Source of the DNA: Nitrospiria bacterium
GTDB taxonomy: Bacteria; Nitrospirota; Nitrospiria; JACQCE01
Length of the DNA stretch: 64,000 nucleotides
Direction: 5' to 3'
Assembly (NCBI GenBank): GCA_035517195.1
Contig: DATIZH010000040.1
Location: 55,310-119,309 of the forward strand
The notes below the pieces were generated by a model. The model was not told the origin of the DNA, did no database searches, and saw only the letters and a list, made by a program, of their open reading frames with translations. Positions 22,029 through 31,325 of the stretch are shown here, piece after piece. Position numbers and translations under genes: made by a program. Every line of letters starts with the position of its first letter. Positions within the stretch are counted from its first letter, which is position 1.

Positions 22029-22059
22029 ATCCTAGCCGAACCTTCTTCCCCTTGTCAAG
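22029..22059 (-). promoter_or_regulatory. candidate sigma70 promoter for tRNA-Val/thrS operon (TTGACA-18-TAGGAT)
   Basis: On minus strand TTGACAaggggaagaaggttcggcTAGGAT ends 8 nt before tRNA-Val 5' end. Confidence 0.4.
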
Positions 22060-22126
22060 CAAGCCCTGGTGAAATCACGGGTCCCGCAACGGGGTGTACA
22101 GGGATAGCGGGCGGCAGAAGGACGTG

Positions 22127-22399
22127 CTATCGAATGGCGTCTTTCAGATCTTTGCCCGGGCTGAAACGGGGGACACGCGCGGCAGGGATCTTAATCGACT
22201 GGCCCGTTCGCGGGTTTCGTCCGTTCCGGGCCTGCCGTTTGGCCACGGAAAAGGTGCCAAAGCCGACCAGCGCCACTTTTTGTCCGCGACTCAGCGCCCC
22301 GGTGATGCCATCCAGGGCGGCAGTCAGCGCCTTGGCGGCGGTGACATCAGGAATGGAGGCGGTGGAGGCGATTCGTTTGACCAGTTCGGCTTTTGTCAT
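22127..22399 (-). CDS. hup: DNA-binding protein HU
   Basis: 90 aa, MTKAELV…GFGTFSVAKRQARNGRNPRTGQSIKIPA classic HU arm. Confidence 0.85.
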   Translation of the reverse strand: MTKAELVKRIASTASIPDVTAAKALTAALDGITGALSRGQKVALVGFGTFSVAKRQARNGRNPRTGQSIKIPAARVPRFSPGKDLKDAIR

Positions 22400-22718
22400 G
22401 GGACGGTCCTTTGAAAATATTCATCCCTGGGGGTGCTGTCGTCGCCGGAGTGTATGTCGTCGTTGACGGCGGGAAAGACGGCCGTAGAATAGCAATCGTG
22501 CAGCATGATGTCAAGGAAAAAACGCTCACCATCGTGACAACAAATCAGCAAGGCGCTGGCTCGCACGACAGCAAGGAGGGTCGCAGACATGCGGGAGCGG
22601 GCAGGAATCCGACAGGAGTTGGCGCCTGAGACCGGAACGCTCCGGTTCCCCCGCACGCGGCGGCCTTGCACGGAACGCGCGCGGGCCGGCCGAAGCAAAC
22701 GCCAAGCGGGATCGTGCG

Positions 22719-23339
22719 TCAGCGTTTGACCGGAATCTTCAGTTCCTTGATTTTTTTCCTGAGGGTGTTGCGATTCATGCCCAACAATTCGGCGGCCTGA
22801 ACCTGATTGTGCCTGGTTTCCTTGAGGGTGAGCGTGATGAGGGGTTTTTCAAATTCATGCCGAAGCAGTTGGAAGAGATTTTTCCCCCCGCTCAGCTTGA
22901 TTTTCCTTACAAATTCGTGAAATTTGCGTTCCATGAAGTCGCCGAGCGACAGATCGATCCCTTTGTAGTGAACGGATGGTTCCGATCCGTTTCCGTTTGA
23001 ACCGGGTAATGTCCCGGCGGCGGCCGGCGACTCCTGGCCGCTCTCATTCAAGAGCGAGCGCAGCCGATCGCAGGCCCGAAGTAGTTGATCGGAGGAGCCG
23101 ATGACCATGTAGGGGGAGGCGCTGGGGTGGGCGGTGCGCAGCAATTTCGCCAGTACCGAGGCGGATGCGTGCAGCAACTCCACCAACACGAGAACGGGGC
23201 CGTCGTTGAGCGCGGCAGAGGGAAGCCGCCGTCTCAGCCGGTGCATCACGGTGACCTTGGCCCCGTGGGCAAACCGGTCGCGCACACCCTGGATCAGCGC
23301 GTGGTCATCGCTGATGAGAATGACGTGAAAGGCGGCCAT
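22719..23339 (-). CDS. Fis-family transcriptional regulator with degenerate receiver-like N-domain
   Basis: C-terminal Fis HTH (AAELLGMNRNTLRKKIKELKI); N-domain resembles CheY fold but phospho-acceptor Asp position appears replaced (LVLVELL). Confidence 0.55.
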   Translation of the reverse strand: MAAFHVILISDDHALIQGVRDRFAHGAKVTVMHRLRRRLPSAALNDGPVLVLVELLHASASVLAKLLRTAHPSASPYMVIGSSDQLLRACDRLRSLLNESGQESPAAAGTLPGSNGNGSEPSVHYKGIDLSLGDFMERKFHEFVRKIKLSGGKNLFQLLRHEFEKPLITLTLKETRHNQVQAAELLGMNRNTLRKKIKELKIPVKR

Positions 23340-23482
23340 TGCGCTGGAGTTCCCCCAATCGGTCGGCGTGAGCTGTGCGGCGTCGTGCCTGTAAGAGGAG
23401 TCGTCAGCCTGTCGCGGGGCTGCGGTGAAGCCCCATGCCTCGCCCGCGCGGGGTTACAGTTAGCACAGACTCGCGTGGCGTG

Positions 23483-26128
23483 TCAATTCGCATTCTTGGG
23501 AGGAGTGGTGTGCGGCCGCTTGGAGCCGGGCGCTGCCTTGGACGGCGCGCCGGAGGCAATGTGCAACGAGCCGTTTTGGACGTCGACGGTGACGGTGTCG
23601 CCCTCCTTGACCGTGCCGTCCAGGAGGCGGATCGACAGCGGATTGAGCAGGTCGCGCTGAACGACCCGCTTCAGCGGTCTGGCTCCGAAAACGGGATCGT
23701 ACCCTTCCCGCGCGAGCCATTCCTTTGCGGCATCGGTCAACTGCAGGCGGATCCGCTTCTCGTCCAGCCGTTCGCGGACGCGCTGAAGCTGGATGTCCAC
23801 GATGGCACGCAGTTGCGCGGGCGCGAGCGCATGAAAGACAACGATGTCATCGATCCGGTTGAGGAATTCCGGACGGAAGTTGACACGCAACGCCGCCATG
23901 ACCTTGGCGCGCAACGCGGATTCGTCGCGGCCCGACAACTCCTGGATGTCCTGGCTGGCGATATTCGACGTCATGATAATCACCGTATTTTTAAAGTTGA
24001 CCGTCCGTCCGTGGCTGTCGGTCAGCCGGCCGTCGTCCAGCACCTGCAGCAGGAGGTTGAAGACGTCCGGATGGGCCTTCTCAATTTCATCGAACAGAAT
24101 CACGGAGTAGGGTTTGCGGCGCACCGCTTCGGTGAGCTGACCGCCTTCCTCGAAGCCGACATAGCCCGGCGGGGAGCCGATCAGGCGAGCGACGGCGTGC
24201 TTTTCCATGTACTCCGACATGTCGATGCGGATCATCGCCTGTTCGTGATCGAAGAGGAACTCGGCCAGCGCCCTGGCCAACTCGGTCTTGCCCACGCCGG
24301 TCGGGCCAAGAAACAGAAATGAGCCCAGCGGCCGGTTTGGATCCTGGATGCCCGCCCTGGCCCTGCGGACCGCGGTTGACACCGAAGAGACCGCCTCGTC
24401 CTGACCGACAACCCTGGCCTTCAGCCGCTCCTCCATCTGAATCAGTTTCTGGAGATCGCCTTCCAGCAGCCTGGAGACCTGAACGCCAGTCCATTTGGAC
24501 ACGATTTTGGCGATATCTTCGGCGTCCACCTCCTCCTTGAGCAACCGACGATCCTTCTGCAGATCCAGCAGGTGCTGATTTTTTGTTTCCAGTTCCTTGG
24601 TCAATTCGGTCAGGCGGCCGTACCGCAGCTCGGCCGCCTTGGCCAGATCGGCGTCACGCTCGGCACGCTCCGCCTCGATCTTGGTCTGTTCGATGCGGCT
24701 CTTCAATTCACGGATGGCCTGGATCGCTTCCCGCTCCCTCTGCCACTGCAGTTTGAGTCCCTTGGATTGTTCCTGCAGGTCACCCAGCTCCTTGGCGAGT
24801 TTGGTCATCCGTTCCTTGGCGTAGGCCGCGGTTTCCTTGGTCATGGCCTGCCGCTCGATCTCCAACTGCCGGATCCGTCGTTCGATCTCGTCCAGTTCCG
24901 ACGGCATGCTGTCGATCTCCATCCGGAGCTTGGCTGCCGCCTCATCGATCAGGTCGATCGCCTTGTCGGGCAGAAACCGGTCGGAAATGTAACGGTGCGA
25001 GAGCGTGGCGGCCGCGACCAGCGCCGCATCGTGGATGCGGACGCCGTGGTGGACTTCGTATCGCTCCTTCAACCCCCGCAGAATTGAGATCGTTTCTTCA
25101 ACGTCGGGTTCCTTAACCAGTACGGGCTGAAACCGCCGTTCTAGGGCGGCGTCTTTCTCAATGTGCAGGCGGTATTCGTTCAGCGTGGTGGCGCCTATGC
25201 AGCGGAGCTCGCCGCGTGCAAGCGCCGGCTTGAGCATGTTGGAGGCGTCGATCGCGCCTTCCGCCTTTCCCGCGCCGATCAAGGTGTGCAGTTCGTCGAT
25301 GAACAAAATGACCTGCCCCTGTGAATCGACCACTTCCTTGATGACGGCCTTAAGCCGTTCCTCGAATTCCCCCCGGAACTTGGCGCCGGCCAGCAACGCG
25401 CCCATGTCGAGCGCGACCACGCGCCGGTCCTTGAGCCCCTCCGGCACATCGCCGGCGATGACGCGTTGGGCCAGTCCTTCCGCGATCGCGGTTTTTCCCA
25501 CGCCGGGCTCGCCGATGAGCACCGGATTGTTTTTTGTCCGGCGGGACAGCACCTGGATCACCCGGCGGATTTCTTCATCGCGGCCGATGACCGGATCCAG
25601 CTTGCCCCGACGGGCGAGCGCCGTCAGATCCCGGCCGTACCGCTCAAGGGCCTGGTATTTCTCTTCCGGGTTCTGGTCGGTGACCCGCTGGGAGCCGCGC
25701 AGCTCCGCCAGCGTTTTGAGCAGCCCGTCCCGGTGTATGCCCTGCGCCTTGAGCAGCGAACCCGCGGGGCCGCCGCTCTCGATCGCCGCCAGCAGAAGGT
25801 GCTCGGTGCTGATGTAGTCGTCCTTCAACCCGTCTGCTTCGCGCTCCGCCTGCTCGAAGAGACTGGCCAGCCCCGGCGCGAGCGACAATTGGGCGGTGGG
25901 ACCGGAGACGGTCGGGAGGCGGTTCAATTCGCGCTCCAGGTGTGTGGCGAGCGCGTCCGGGCTCACGCCCAGTTTTTTAAGCAGCGAAGGAATCAGCCCG
26001 TCGCGCTGCCGAACAAGCGCGTGCAACAGATGCTCGACGTCAAGTTGCGGGTGGTGCCGGCGCTCCGCCTCCTGTTGCGCGGCCTGCAGGGCCTCCTGGG
26101 CTTTGACGGTCAGTTGATCGGGGCGCAT
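23483..26128 (-). CDS. clpB: chaperone ClpB
   Basis: Two AAA+ modules ([15 protein letters not shown]; [15 protein letters not shown]), middle coiled-coil; start set at internal ATG 26128 ([14 protein letters not shown]), upstream 124 aa of ORF is Arg/Pro-rich and likely non-coding. Confidence 0.9.
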   Translation of the reverse strand: MRPDQLTVKAQEALQAAQQEAERRHHPQLDVEHLLHALVRQRDGLIPSLLKKLGVSPDALATHLERELNRLPTVSGPTAQLSLAPGLASLFEQAEREADGLKDDYISTEHLLLAAIESGGPAGSLLKAQGIHRDGLLKTLAELRGSQRVTDQNPEEKYQALERYGRDLTALARRGKLDPVIGRDEEIRRVIQVLSRRTKNNPVLIGEPGVGKTAIAEGLAQRVIAGDVPEGLKDRRVVALDMGALLAGAKFRGEFEERLKAVIKEVVDSQGQVILFIDELHTLIGAGKAEGAIDASNMLKPALARGELRCIGATTLNEYRLHIEKDAALERRFQPVLVKEPDVEETISILRGLKERYEVHHGVRIHDAALVAAATLSHRYISDRFLPDKAIDLIDEAAAKLRMEIDSMPSELDEIERRIRQLEIERQAMTKETAAYAKERMTKLAKELGDLQEQSKGLKLQWQREREAIQAIRELKSRIEQTKIEAERAERDADLAKAAELRYGRLTELTKELETKNQHLLDLQKDRRLLKEEVDAEDIAKIVSKWTGVQVSRLLEGDLQKLIQMEERLKARVVGQDEAVSSVSTAVRRARAGIQDPNRPLGSFLFLGPTGVGKTELARALAEFLFDHEQAMIRIDMSEYMEKHAVARLIGSPPGYVGFEEGGQLTEAVRRKPYSVILFDEIEKAHPDVFNLLLQVLDDGRLTDSHGRTVNFKNTVIIMTSNIASQDIQELSGRDESALRAKVMAALRVNFRPEFLNRIDDIVVFHALAPAQLRAIVDIQLQRVRERLDEKRIRLQLTDAAKEWLAREGYDPVFGARPLKRVVQRDLLNPLSIRLLDGTVKEGDTVTVDVQNGSLHIASGAPSKAAPGSKRPHTTPPKNAN

Positions 26129-26166
26129 GGCGGCGACGCGGGCGTGCCGGTGACGGCGCGGCGGGG

Positions 26167-26613
26167 CTACGGCTCCTCGGTGTGAACGGGGATCGTGTAG
26201 GCGCGTTGAGCGGGCTGCTTCGGCAGCACGATCTCCAGCACGCCGTCGCGCAGCGTCGCATTGATCCGGGACTGGTCGATTTCCTCCGGCAGGTGAAACA
26301 GGCGGTCGAACGTTCCGTAGACGCGCTCCAGCTGATGGTAATGGACGTTGCCGTCGCCGTGGGGGAACAGCCGTTGGCCGCGCAACGCCAAATAGTGGTT
26401 CGTGACTTCGAGCGAGATATCGCCAATCTCGAGGCCGGGGACTTCCGCGGTCAGAATGATGGCCTCCTCGGTATCGAGAATGTCGACCAGTGGCGTCCAC
26501 TGATCGCCGTGCGGACGCAGACCCGTTCGCCGGGCGCTCTCCTCAAAGAGCTGGTTCATGCGCTCTTGCAGGGAGAGAAGGTCTCGAAACGGATCTGGTG
26601 GCCCGAGTCCCAT
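26167..26613 (-). CDS. small heat shock protein (Hsp20/alpha-crystallin)
   Basis: alpha-crystallin domain ([26 protein letters not shown]…LPKQ); start at ATG 26613. Confidence 0.85.
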   Translation of the reverse strand: MGLGPPDPFRDLLSLQERMNQLFEESARRTGLRPHGDQWTPLVDILDTEEAIILTAEVPGLEIGDISLEVTNHYLALRGQRLFPHGDGNVHYHQLERVYGTFDRLFHLPEEIDQSRINATLRDGVLEIVLPKQPAQRAYTIPVHTEEP

Positions 26614-26674
26614 GGCTTCCTCGTCGCGCTCCGATTTGGCATCGCACGTCCCGGCGCGGACGGACGTGGGAAAA

Positions 26675-26703
26675 GTATAAAAGGTTTCCACGGGAGATGT
26701 CAA
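26675..26703 (-). promoter_or_regulatory. candidate promoter of hsp20-clpB unit (TTGACA-17-TTATAC)
   Basis: Minus-strand TTGACAtctcccgtggaaaccttTTATAC ~60 nt upstream of hsp20 start. Confidence 0.35.
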
Positions 26704-26910
26704 TTTGGAGCGCACCTGGGTGGTGAGGGGCTGAAGGGGCCGCGTTGGGAATCGTCGCCGGTCTGCCTGCGCGTGTCCCCTGGCCAGGCGGTGCTGTGTC
26801 GGCCCTCATCGTTGTCGGCATTGCCTCCAGCACCGTGATCACCCCGCCCTGTCCACCCCCTTGCGGAGGACCAATTTCCCGAGCATCTTGATCGACGTTT
26901 TCGTCGCGTT

Positions 26911-27684
26911 TTGTGTTTGACAAGCGTCCTGTCCGTTGCTATTCTCATCGGTATGCGGCGCAACCGGGTGATGCGCATGGCGGGTGTCTATCTGGTCGCT
27001 GGCGTGGTCGGGGGCGTGGGAGGCATGGGCGTCATGTCCCCGCCGGCCTCCGGCGCCACGGAGCTCTATCATTTTATGGATGAGCAGGGGGTCTTGCATT
27101 TCAGTAATGTGCCCACCGATCCCCGGTTCCGTCCGTTGCGTTCCGCTGATGCCGTGCAGCTCAGAAGCCGCTCCCTCCCCACGTCGCCGCTGTCCTCCCG
27201 TCTCCTGGACCGGCTGGTCAGGCAGGCCGCCCGTCAATACGGCGTCGAAGTCGGCCTGATCAAGGCCGTTATCAAGGCCGAATCGGATTTTGACACCTAT
27301 GCCGTCTCCCGGGCCGGCGCCCAGGGGCTCATGCAGCTGATGCCGGCGACCGCCGAACTGCTGGAGGTGGAGGACCCGTTCGACCCGTCCGCCAACATCT
27401 TCGCCGGTGTACGTCACCTCCGCGAGCTGCTCGACCGGTTTGACGGGAACATTCCCCTGGCGGTGGCGGCGTATAACGCCGGCGCGCTGCGGGTTGAAGC
27501 GGCCGGCGGCATTCCGGCGATCGATGAGACGCGACAATACGTGCAGCGAGTCTTGACCTACTATCGTGACTACGTGCGCCGTGATCCGCCCGCCCGGGCG
27601 TGGCCCGTCCGGCGCGTGATCACGGCGGATGGCGGCATCTTACTGACCAATGCGCCAGCGCGATCCTACCCGGGCTCGCCCTAA
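26911..27684 (+). CDS. lytic transglycosylase (SLT domain) with DUF4124-like N-terminal segment
   Basis: Signal peptide, LYHFMDEQGVLHFSNVP (DUF4124-like), SLT motifs …ESDF…GLMQLMPATA…AYNAG. Confidence 0.75.
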   Translation: MCLTSVLSVAILIGMRRNRVMRMAGVYLVAGVVGGVGGMGVMSPPASGATELYHFMDEQGVLHFSNVPTDPRFRPLRSADAVQLRSRSLPTSPLSSRLLDRLVRQAARQYGVEVGLIKAVIKAESDFDTYAVSRAGAQGLMQLMPATAELLEVEDPFDPSANIFAGVRHLRELLDRFDGNIPLAVAAYNAGALRVEAAGGIPAIDETRQYVQRVLTYYRDYVRRDPPARAWPVRRVITADGGILLTNAPARSYPGSP

Positions 27685-29388
27685 CCCGTCCTTGGACAAG
27701 CCGTCGGTGTCCACCCTGACAACGGTGTGGTGCCGCCATCCCCGTCCTTTGGCGGGATAATCCTCTCGATAGTGAGCGCCGATGCTGCCGCGCCGACGCC
27801 ACGCAGAACGGGCGACCAACTCCGCCATCTGCACGAGATTCCGCAATTCCAGTCCGGGCCGCCCAAGGCCTGTTTCCCCCATCCGGGTTTGAATCCGGCC
27901 GATCTCATTGATCGCCTGCTCCAGCCCGTCGCCCGTTCTGACGACTCCCACCCATTGCCACATGTGGCGCTGAAGCTCGCGCTGGAGCGTGATCATCCGC
28001 TTCGAGGAGGACGCATCCGGCCGTGCCAGGCGCGTGATGTTCTCGGCGGTCAATGCGCCCAGTGTTCTCTGCGAGCGACGACGAGCCGGGTTCCGTGCCG
28101 ACCCGAGCCGGCCCCCATACGCCAGGGCCGCCCGTGCGGCCCGCCAGCCGAAGACCAGCCCTTCCAGGAGCGAGTTGCTGGCCAAGCGGTTGGCACCGTG
28201 CACTCCGCTGCACGCGACCTCGCCGGCGGCATACAATCCTGGGAGGGTGGATGCGCCGTCGATGTCGGTCGTGATTCCACCCATGAAAAAATGGGCGGCG
28301 GGACTCACAGGGATCGCCGTTTTGGTGATATCCACGCCGTACCGCAGGCAGGCGGCGTAGACGGTGGGGAAACGGCCCCGTAGGTAGTCCGGATCGAGTT
28401 GGGTGGCGTCCAGCCACACGCAGGTTCGACCGCTTCGTTCCATCTCCTTCCAAATCGCCCTCGCGACAAGGTCTCGGGGGGCGAGTTCGCCGGCGCGGTG
28501 TGCGGCGAGAAGAAACCGTCTGCCCCGTTGCCGGTCCGGCCCGTTCAGAAGCACAGCCCCTTCCCCGCGCATCGCTTCGGTAATCAGAAAGGCCGGCGCC
28601 CTGTCGATCGCCAGCGCCGTCGGGTGGAACTGGACGAACTCCAGATCCTGCAGCGCCGCCCCGGCCCGGTAGGCCATGGCCATCCCATCCCCGGTGCAGA
28701 CGGCTGGGTTTGTGGTGCGGGCGTAGAGTTGGCCGGCTCCGCCTGTGGCCAGAATCACCGCTCTGGCCGAGATGGCGATGAGTCCGCCATCCGATTCATC
28801 AAGCACCAGTGCCCCAGCGCACCGGCCGCCGTCGACCAACAGATCGATCGTAAAGTGGTGGTTGAAGAACCGCACAGTCCGGCAGCGTCGGAGCCGGTGG
28901 TGCAACGTTTGAAGAATGGCCTCGCCCGTCGCGTCGCCGCGCGCGTGCAGAATCCGCCTCCGGCTGTGCGCCGATTCGCGAGCAAAATGCAGCTGACCGT
29001 TCGCCCGTGCGAACGGTACGCCCCAGCGGATCAATTCCTTCACGCGCCGGACGCCATCGGAGACGAGCACATCGACCGCCTCGACCGAGCAAAGCCCCCG
29101 GCCGGCGCGGATTGTGTCACGGGCGTGATGCGCGGTGCCGTCAGTGTCGCCCATGGCTGCGGCGATTCCACCCTGGGCGTACTGACTGCTGCCCTGATCG
29201 ACCTGTCGAGGGGTGGCTGAGGGGGACCATGCCTCCGTGGTCGGCCGCTTGCTGATGACGAGCACGGAGCCACGCCTCGACAGTTCGATGGCGGCCCGCA
29301 AGCCGGCGATGCCACGGCCGATCACGAGGTAATCGGCTTGCAGGTGTTTCATGCGCCGAGACTCGATGCTGGACAACAAGGGCATCAA
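27640..29388 (-). CDS. nadB: L-aspartate oxidase
   Basis: FAD-binding DYLVIGRGIAGL, succinate DH/fumarate reductase flavoprotein family architecture; ATGA overlap with upstream lipoprotein gene. Confidence 0.8.
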   Translation of the reverse strand: MMPLLSSIESRRMKHLQADYLVIGRGIAGLRAAIELSRRGSVLVISKRPTTEAWSPSATPRQVDQGSSQYAQGGIAAAMGDTDGTAHHARDTIRAGRGLCSVEAVDVLVSDGVRRVKELIRWGVPFARANGQLHFARESAHSRRRILHARGDATGEAILQTLHHRLRRCRTVRFFNHHFTIDLLVDGGRCAGALVLDESDGGLIAISARAVILATGGAGQLYARTTNPAVCTGDGMAMAYRAGAALQDLEFVQFHPTALAIDRAPAFLITEAMRGEGAVLLNGPDRQRGRRFLLAAHRAGELAPRDLVARAIWKEMERSGRTCVWLDATQLDPDYLRGRFPTVYAACLRYGVDITKTAIPVSPAAHFFMGGITTDIDGASTLPGLYAAGEVACSGVHGANRLASNSLLEGLVFGWRAARAALAYGGRLGSARNPARRRSQRTLGALTAENITRLARPDASSSKRMITLQRELQRHMWQWVGVVRTGDGLEQAINEIGRIQTRMGETGLGRPGLELRNLVQMAELVARSAWRRRGSIGAHYREDYPAKGRGWRHHTVVRVDTDGLSKDGLGRARVGSRWRIGQ

Positions 29389-30017
29389 GGCAGGAGCACT
29401 TGATCAGCCTGGGGAGCGAAGGGATTGTCTCCTTCAATCGCCGTCAAGCGCGGCGAATCCTTGCCGATGAATGTAAAGTGGGCTGTGCCCATCACCATTA
29501 CCGGTTCCCCGGCCTGTCGTCCACCCGTTGACGAAGGCGGCCCGGTCGGGGCGGTGGCATTCGCGCGCAGCGTCCATTGCAGATCGACCCGGACGGTCTC
29601 GGCGTTTTTCAGCCAGAGTCGCTCCACAATGAATACAGGGTGGAGGGCGGACGCCCGGTCGCACAGATCTGCCAGCCCATGCGCAAAGGTCGCGTCGTTC
29701 GACAGCGGCGGGGCCAGGAGGGAGGCGATGCCGCTGCGGTCGCAACGCCCCAACCGGGTCTGCAGGTCCTCGATGACCGCGTTGATGCGTGTCGCGGTCT
29801 GGGCTTGCAGGGAGAGCGGCTTCTTGGTGCCCCCGCAGGCGGAGAATCCGCAAGCCAGGACGATCGACGCTGCGACGGCCATGATCCGACGGCCGTGCGG
29901 ACCGTGCAGGGGATGCACGGGGAAGGCGGGGCCGTCACACAAGGTCATCGTTGCATTATAGGAATCGCTCCCGTGCGGGTCAAGAACCGTTTGGGTGCGA
30001 TTCGTGCGGCTTGCCAA
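29385..30017 (-). CDS. hypothetical lipoprotein
   Basis: 210 aa, lipobox-like N-terminus (MAVAASIVLACGFSACGG), no family recognised. Confidence 0.45.
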   Translation of the reverse strand: MASRTNRTQTVLDPHGSDSYNATMTLCDGPAFPVHPLHGPHGRRIMAVAASIVLACGFSACGGTKKPLSLQAQTATRINAVIEDLQTRLGRCDRSGIASLLAPPLSNDATFAHGLADLCDRASALHPVFIVERLWLKNAETVRVDLQWTLRANATAPTGPPSSTGGRQAGEPVMVMGTAHFTFIGKDSPRLTAIEGDNPFAPQADQVLLP

Positions 30018-30076
30018 ATCGTGACAAACCCGCTACAATGGCGGCGCTTTTCATCGAGTGGCGGGAGATCGGCGAC

Positions 30077-30169
30077 ATGTCACGAGTGATCAAGAAGCGG
30101 CGGAAGAAGATGCGCAAGCACAAATATCGCAAACTGCGCAAACGTACCCGCCATCAGCGGCGTAAATAA
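30077..30169 (+). CDS. 30-aa highly basic protein, ribosomal protein bS22-like
   Basis: MSRVIKKRRKKMRKHKYRKLRKRTRHQRRK closely resembles mycobacterial bS22 ([30 protein letters not shown]…); not listed as an independent ORF because of its size. Confidence 0.65.
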   Translation: MSRVIKKRRKKMRKHKYRKLRKRTRHQRRK

Positions 30170-30214
30170 GCGCTGTTCCCCTCCGTTCAGTCACCTCGCC
30201 CACTCTTCAACGGC

Positions 30215-31093
30215 TCACGGTGGGAGTGTGTGTGTGGGACTGTGACCGGCGTAGCGCCTCCCCGTGCGGAAAAAGCGGTACAGCAACACGGTATCGACGA
30301 CGATTACGACGCACATGATCAGGTAGGCGGCTGGGCTGGACAGGAATCCCAGTTCGATGGCCACCCGCGAGAGACCGAAGCCGAGCACCCAGGCATCGAA
30401 ACTCATGCAGAGCCGCCTGAAGGTCTCGGGATTGACCCGGTGGATCAACAAGGCGCCAACGGGCACCCCGATGAGGACGCAGGGCGCGATCGTGCGGAGG
30501 ATGTCCACGCTTGGCGCGCTGTAGAGTCCGACCATGTAGTACGCGCTGGCGGTGAGCACCGCCTCCGTGACCCGGATGAGGCCCAACGCCGCGCGGAATT
30601 CGCTTTTGATGAATCCTTGATTGTTGAACATTAGGGCCAGGGGCGGGCCGGACACGGTGGTGATGGCATAGAGCACCCCCACGCCGGCGCCGAACGGCAC
30701 CGCCACCGCACGTTCGGCCTGGATCGGCTTTCTGACGCCGGCGGCCTGGAGGATGATCAGCGGCAGCAGGACGGCGAAGGTCGCCAATTTGATCCAGGCG
30801 GGATCGACGAAGAAGAGCACGTAGGTGCCGACCATCACGCCCGGCGCCAGACCGGCGATGATCGGCAACACGCGTTTCCACACCCTAGTCAATCCCCGCC
30901 AGTTCGTCAGCAGAATATAGCTGTTGATAAAAATCTCGACCAACACCAGGGCCGGATTCAAGACGCGATTCGTAAAAAACAGCAAGGCCACCGGGACGGT
31001 GATGGATGAAAACCCGTGTCCCAGCGCGCCGTTCACAATCGCCGCAAACAGGGCAACCGCAATCAGAATGAGGAGATCGGAATCGGTCGGCAT
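30215..31093 (-). CDS. TauE/SafE family (DUF81) anion exporter
   Basis: 292 aa, ~8 TM helices, duplicated 4-TM halves with G-rich motifs. Confidence 0.75.
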   Translation of the reverse strand: MPTDSDLLILIAVALFAAIVNGALGHGFSSITVPVALLFFTNRVLNPALVLVEIFINSYILLTNWRGLTRVWKRVLPIIAGLAPGVMVGTYVLFFVDPAWIKLATFAVLLPLIILQAAGVRKPIQAERAVAVPFGAGVGVLYAITTVSGPPLALMFNNQGFIKSEFRAALGLIRVTEAVLTASAYYMVGLYSAPSVDILRTIAPCVLIGVPVGALLIHRVNPETFRRLCMSFDAWVLGFGLSRVAIELGFLSSPAAYLIMCVVIVVDTVLLYRFFRTGRRYAGHSPTHTLPP

Positions 31094-31325
31094 CGGGGTG
31101 ATGAACGGGCCTCGGGTTCCAGGCTTCGCTCAATTCGGGGTATTCTAAACAAGACCCTCCGCACATAGCAACCATACGGCGCCCGCGCCGGCCGTGGCAA
31201 GCCGGACCGTGCCATCGGGCGTCCTTCCACCACATTTTCCCGTTTTCGGGTACACTCACCTAAGGGGAAATTCATATTTGTTGCGGTAAACGAATGGGAC
31301 GCAGACACCGGAGGATGGCCCCGCG

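Noticed and set aside
26129-26500. 124-aa Arg/Pro-rich N-terminal extension of the clpB ORF
   Set aside because: ClpB homology begins at the internal Met ([14 protein letters not shown]). The extension is low-complexity and would overlap the hsp20 gene region.
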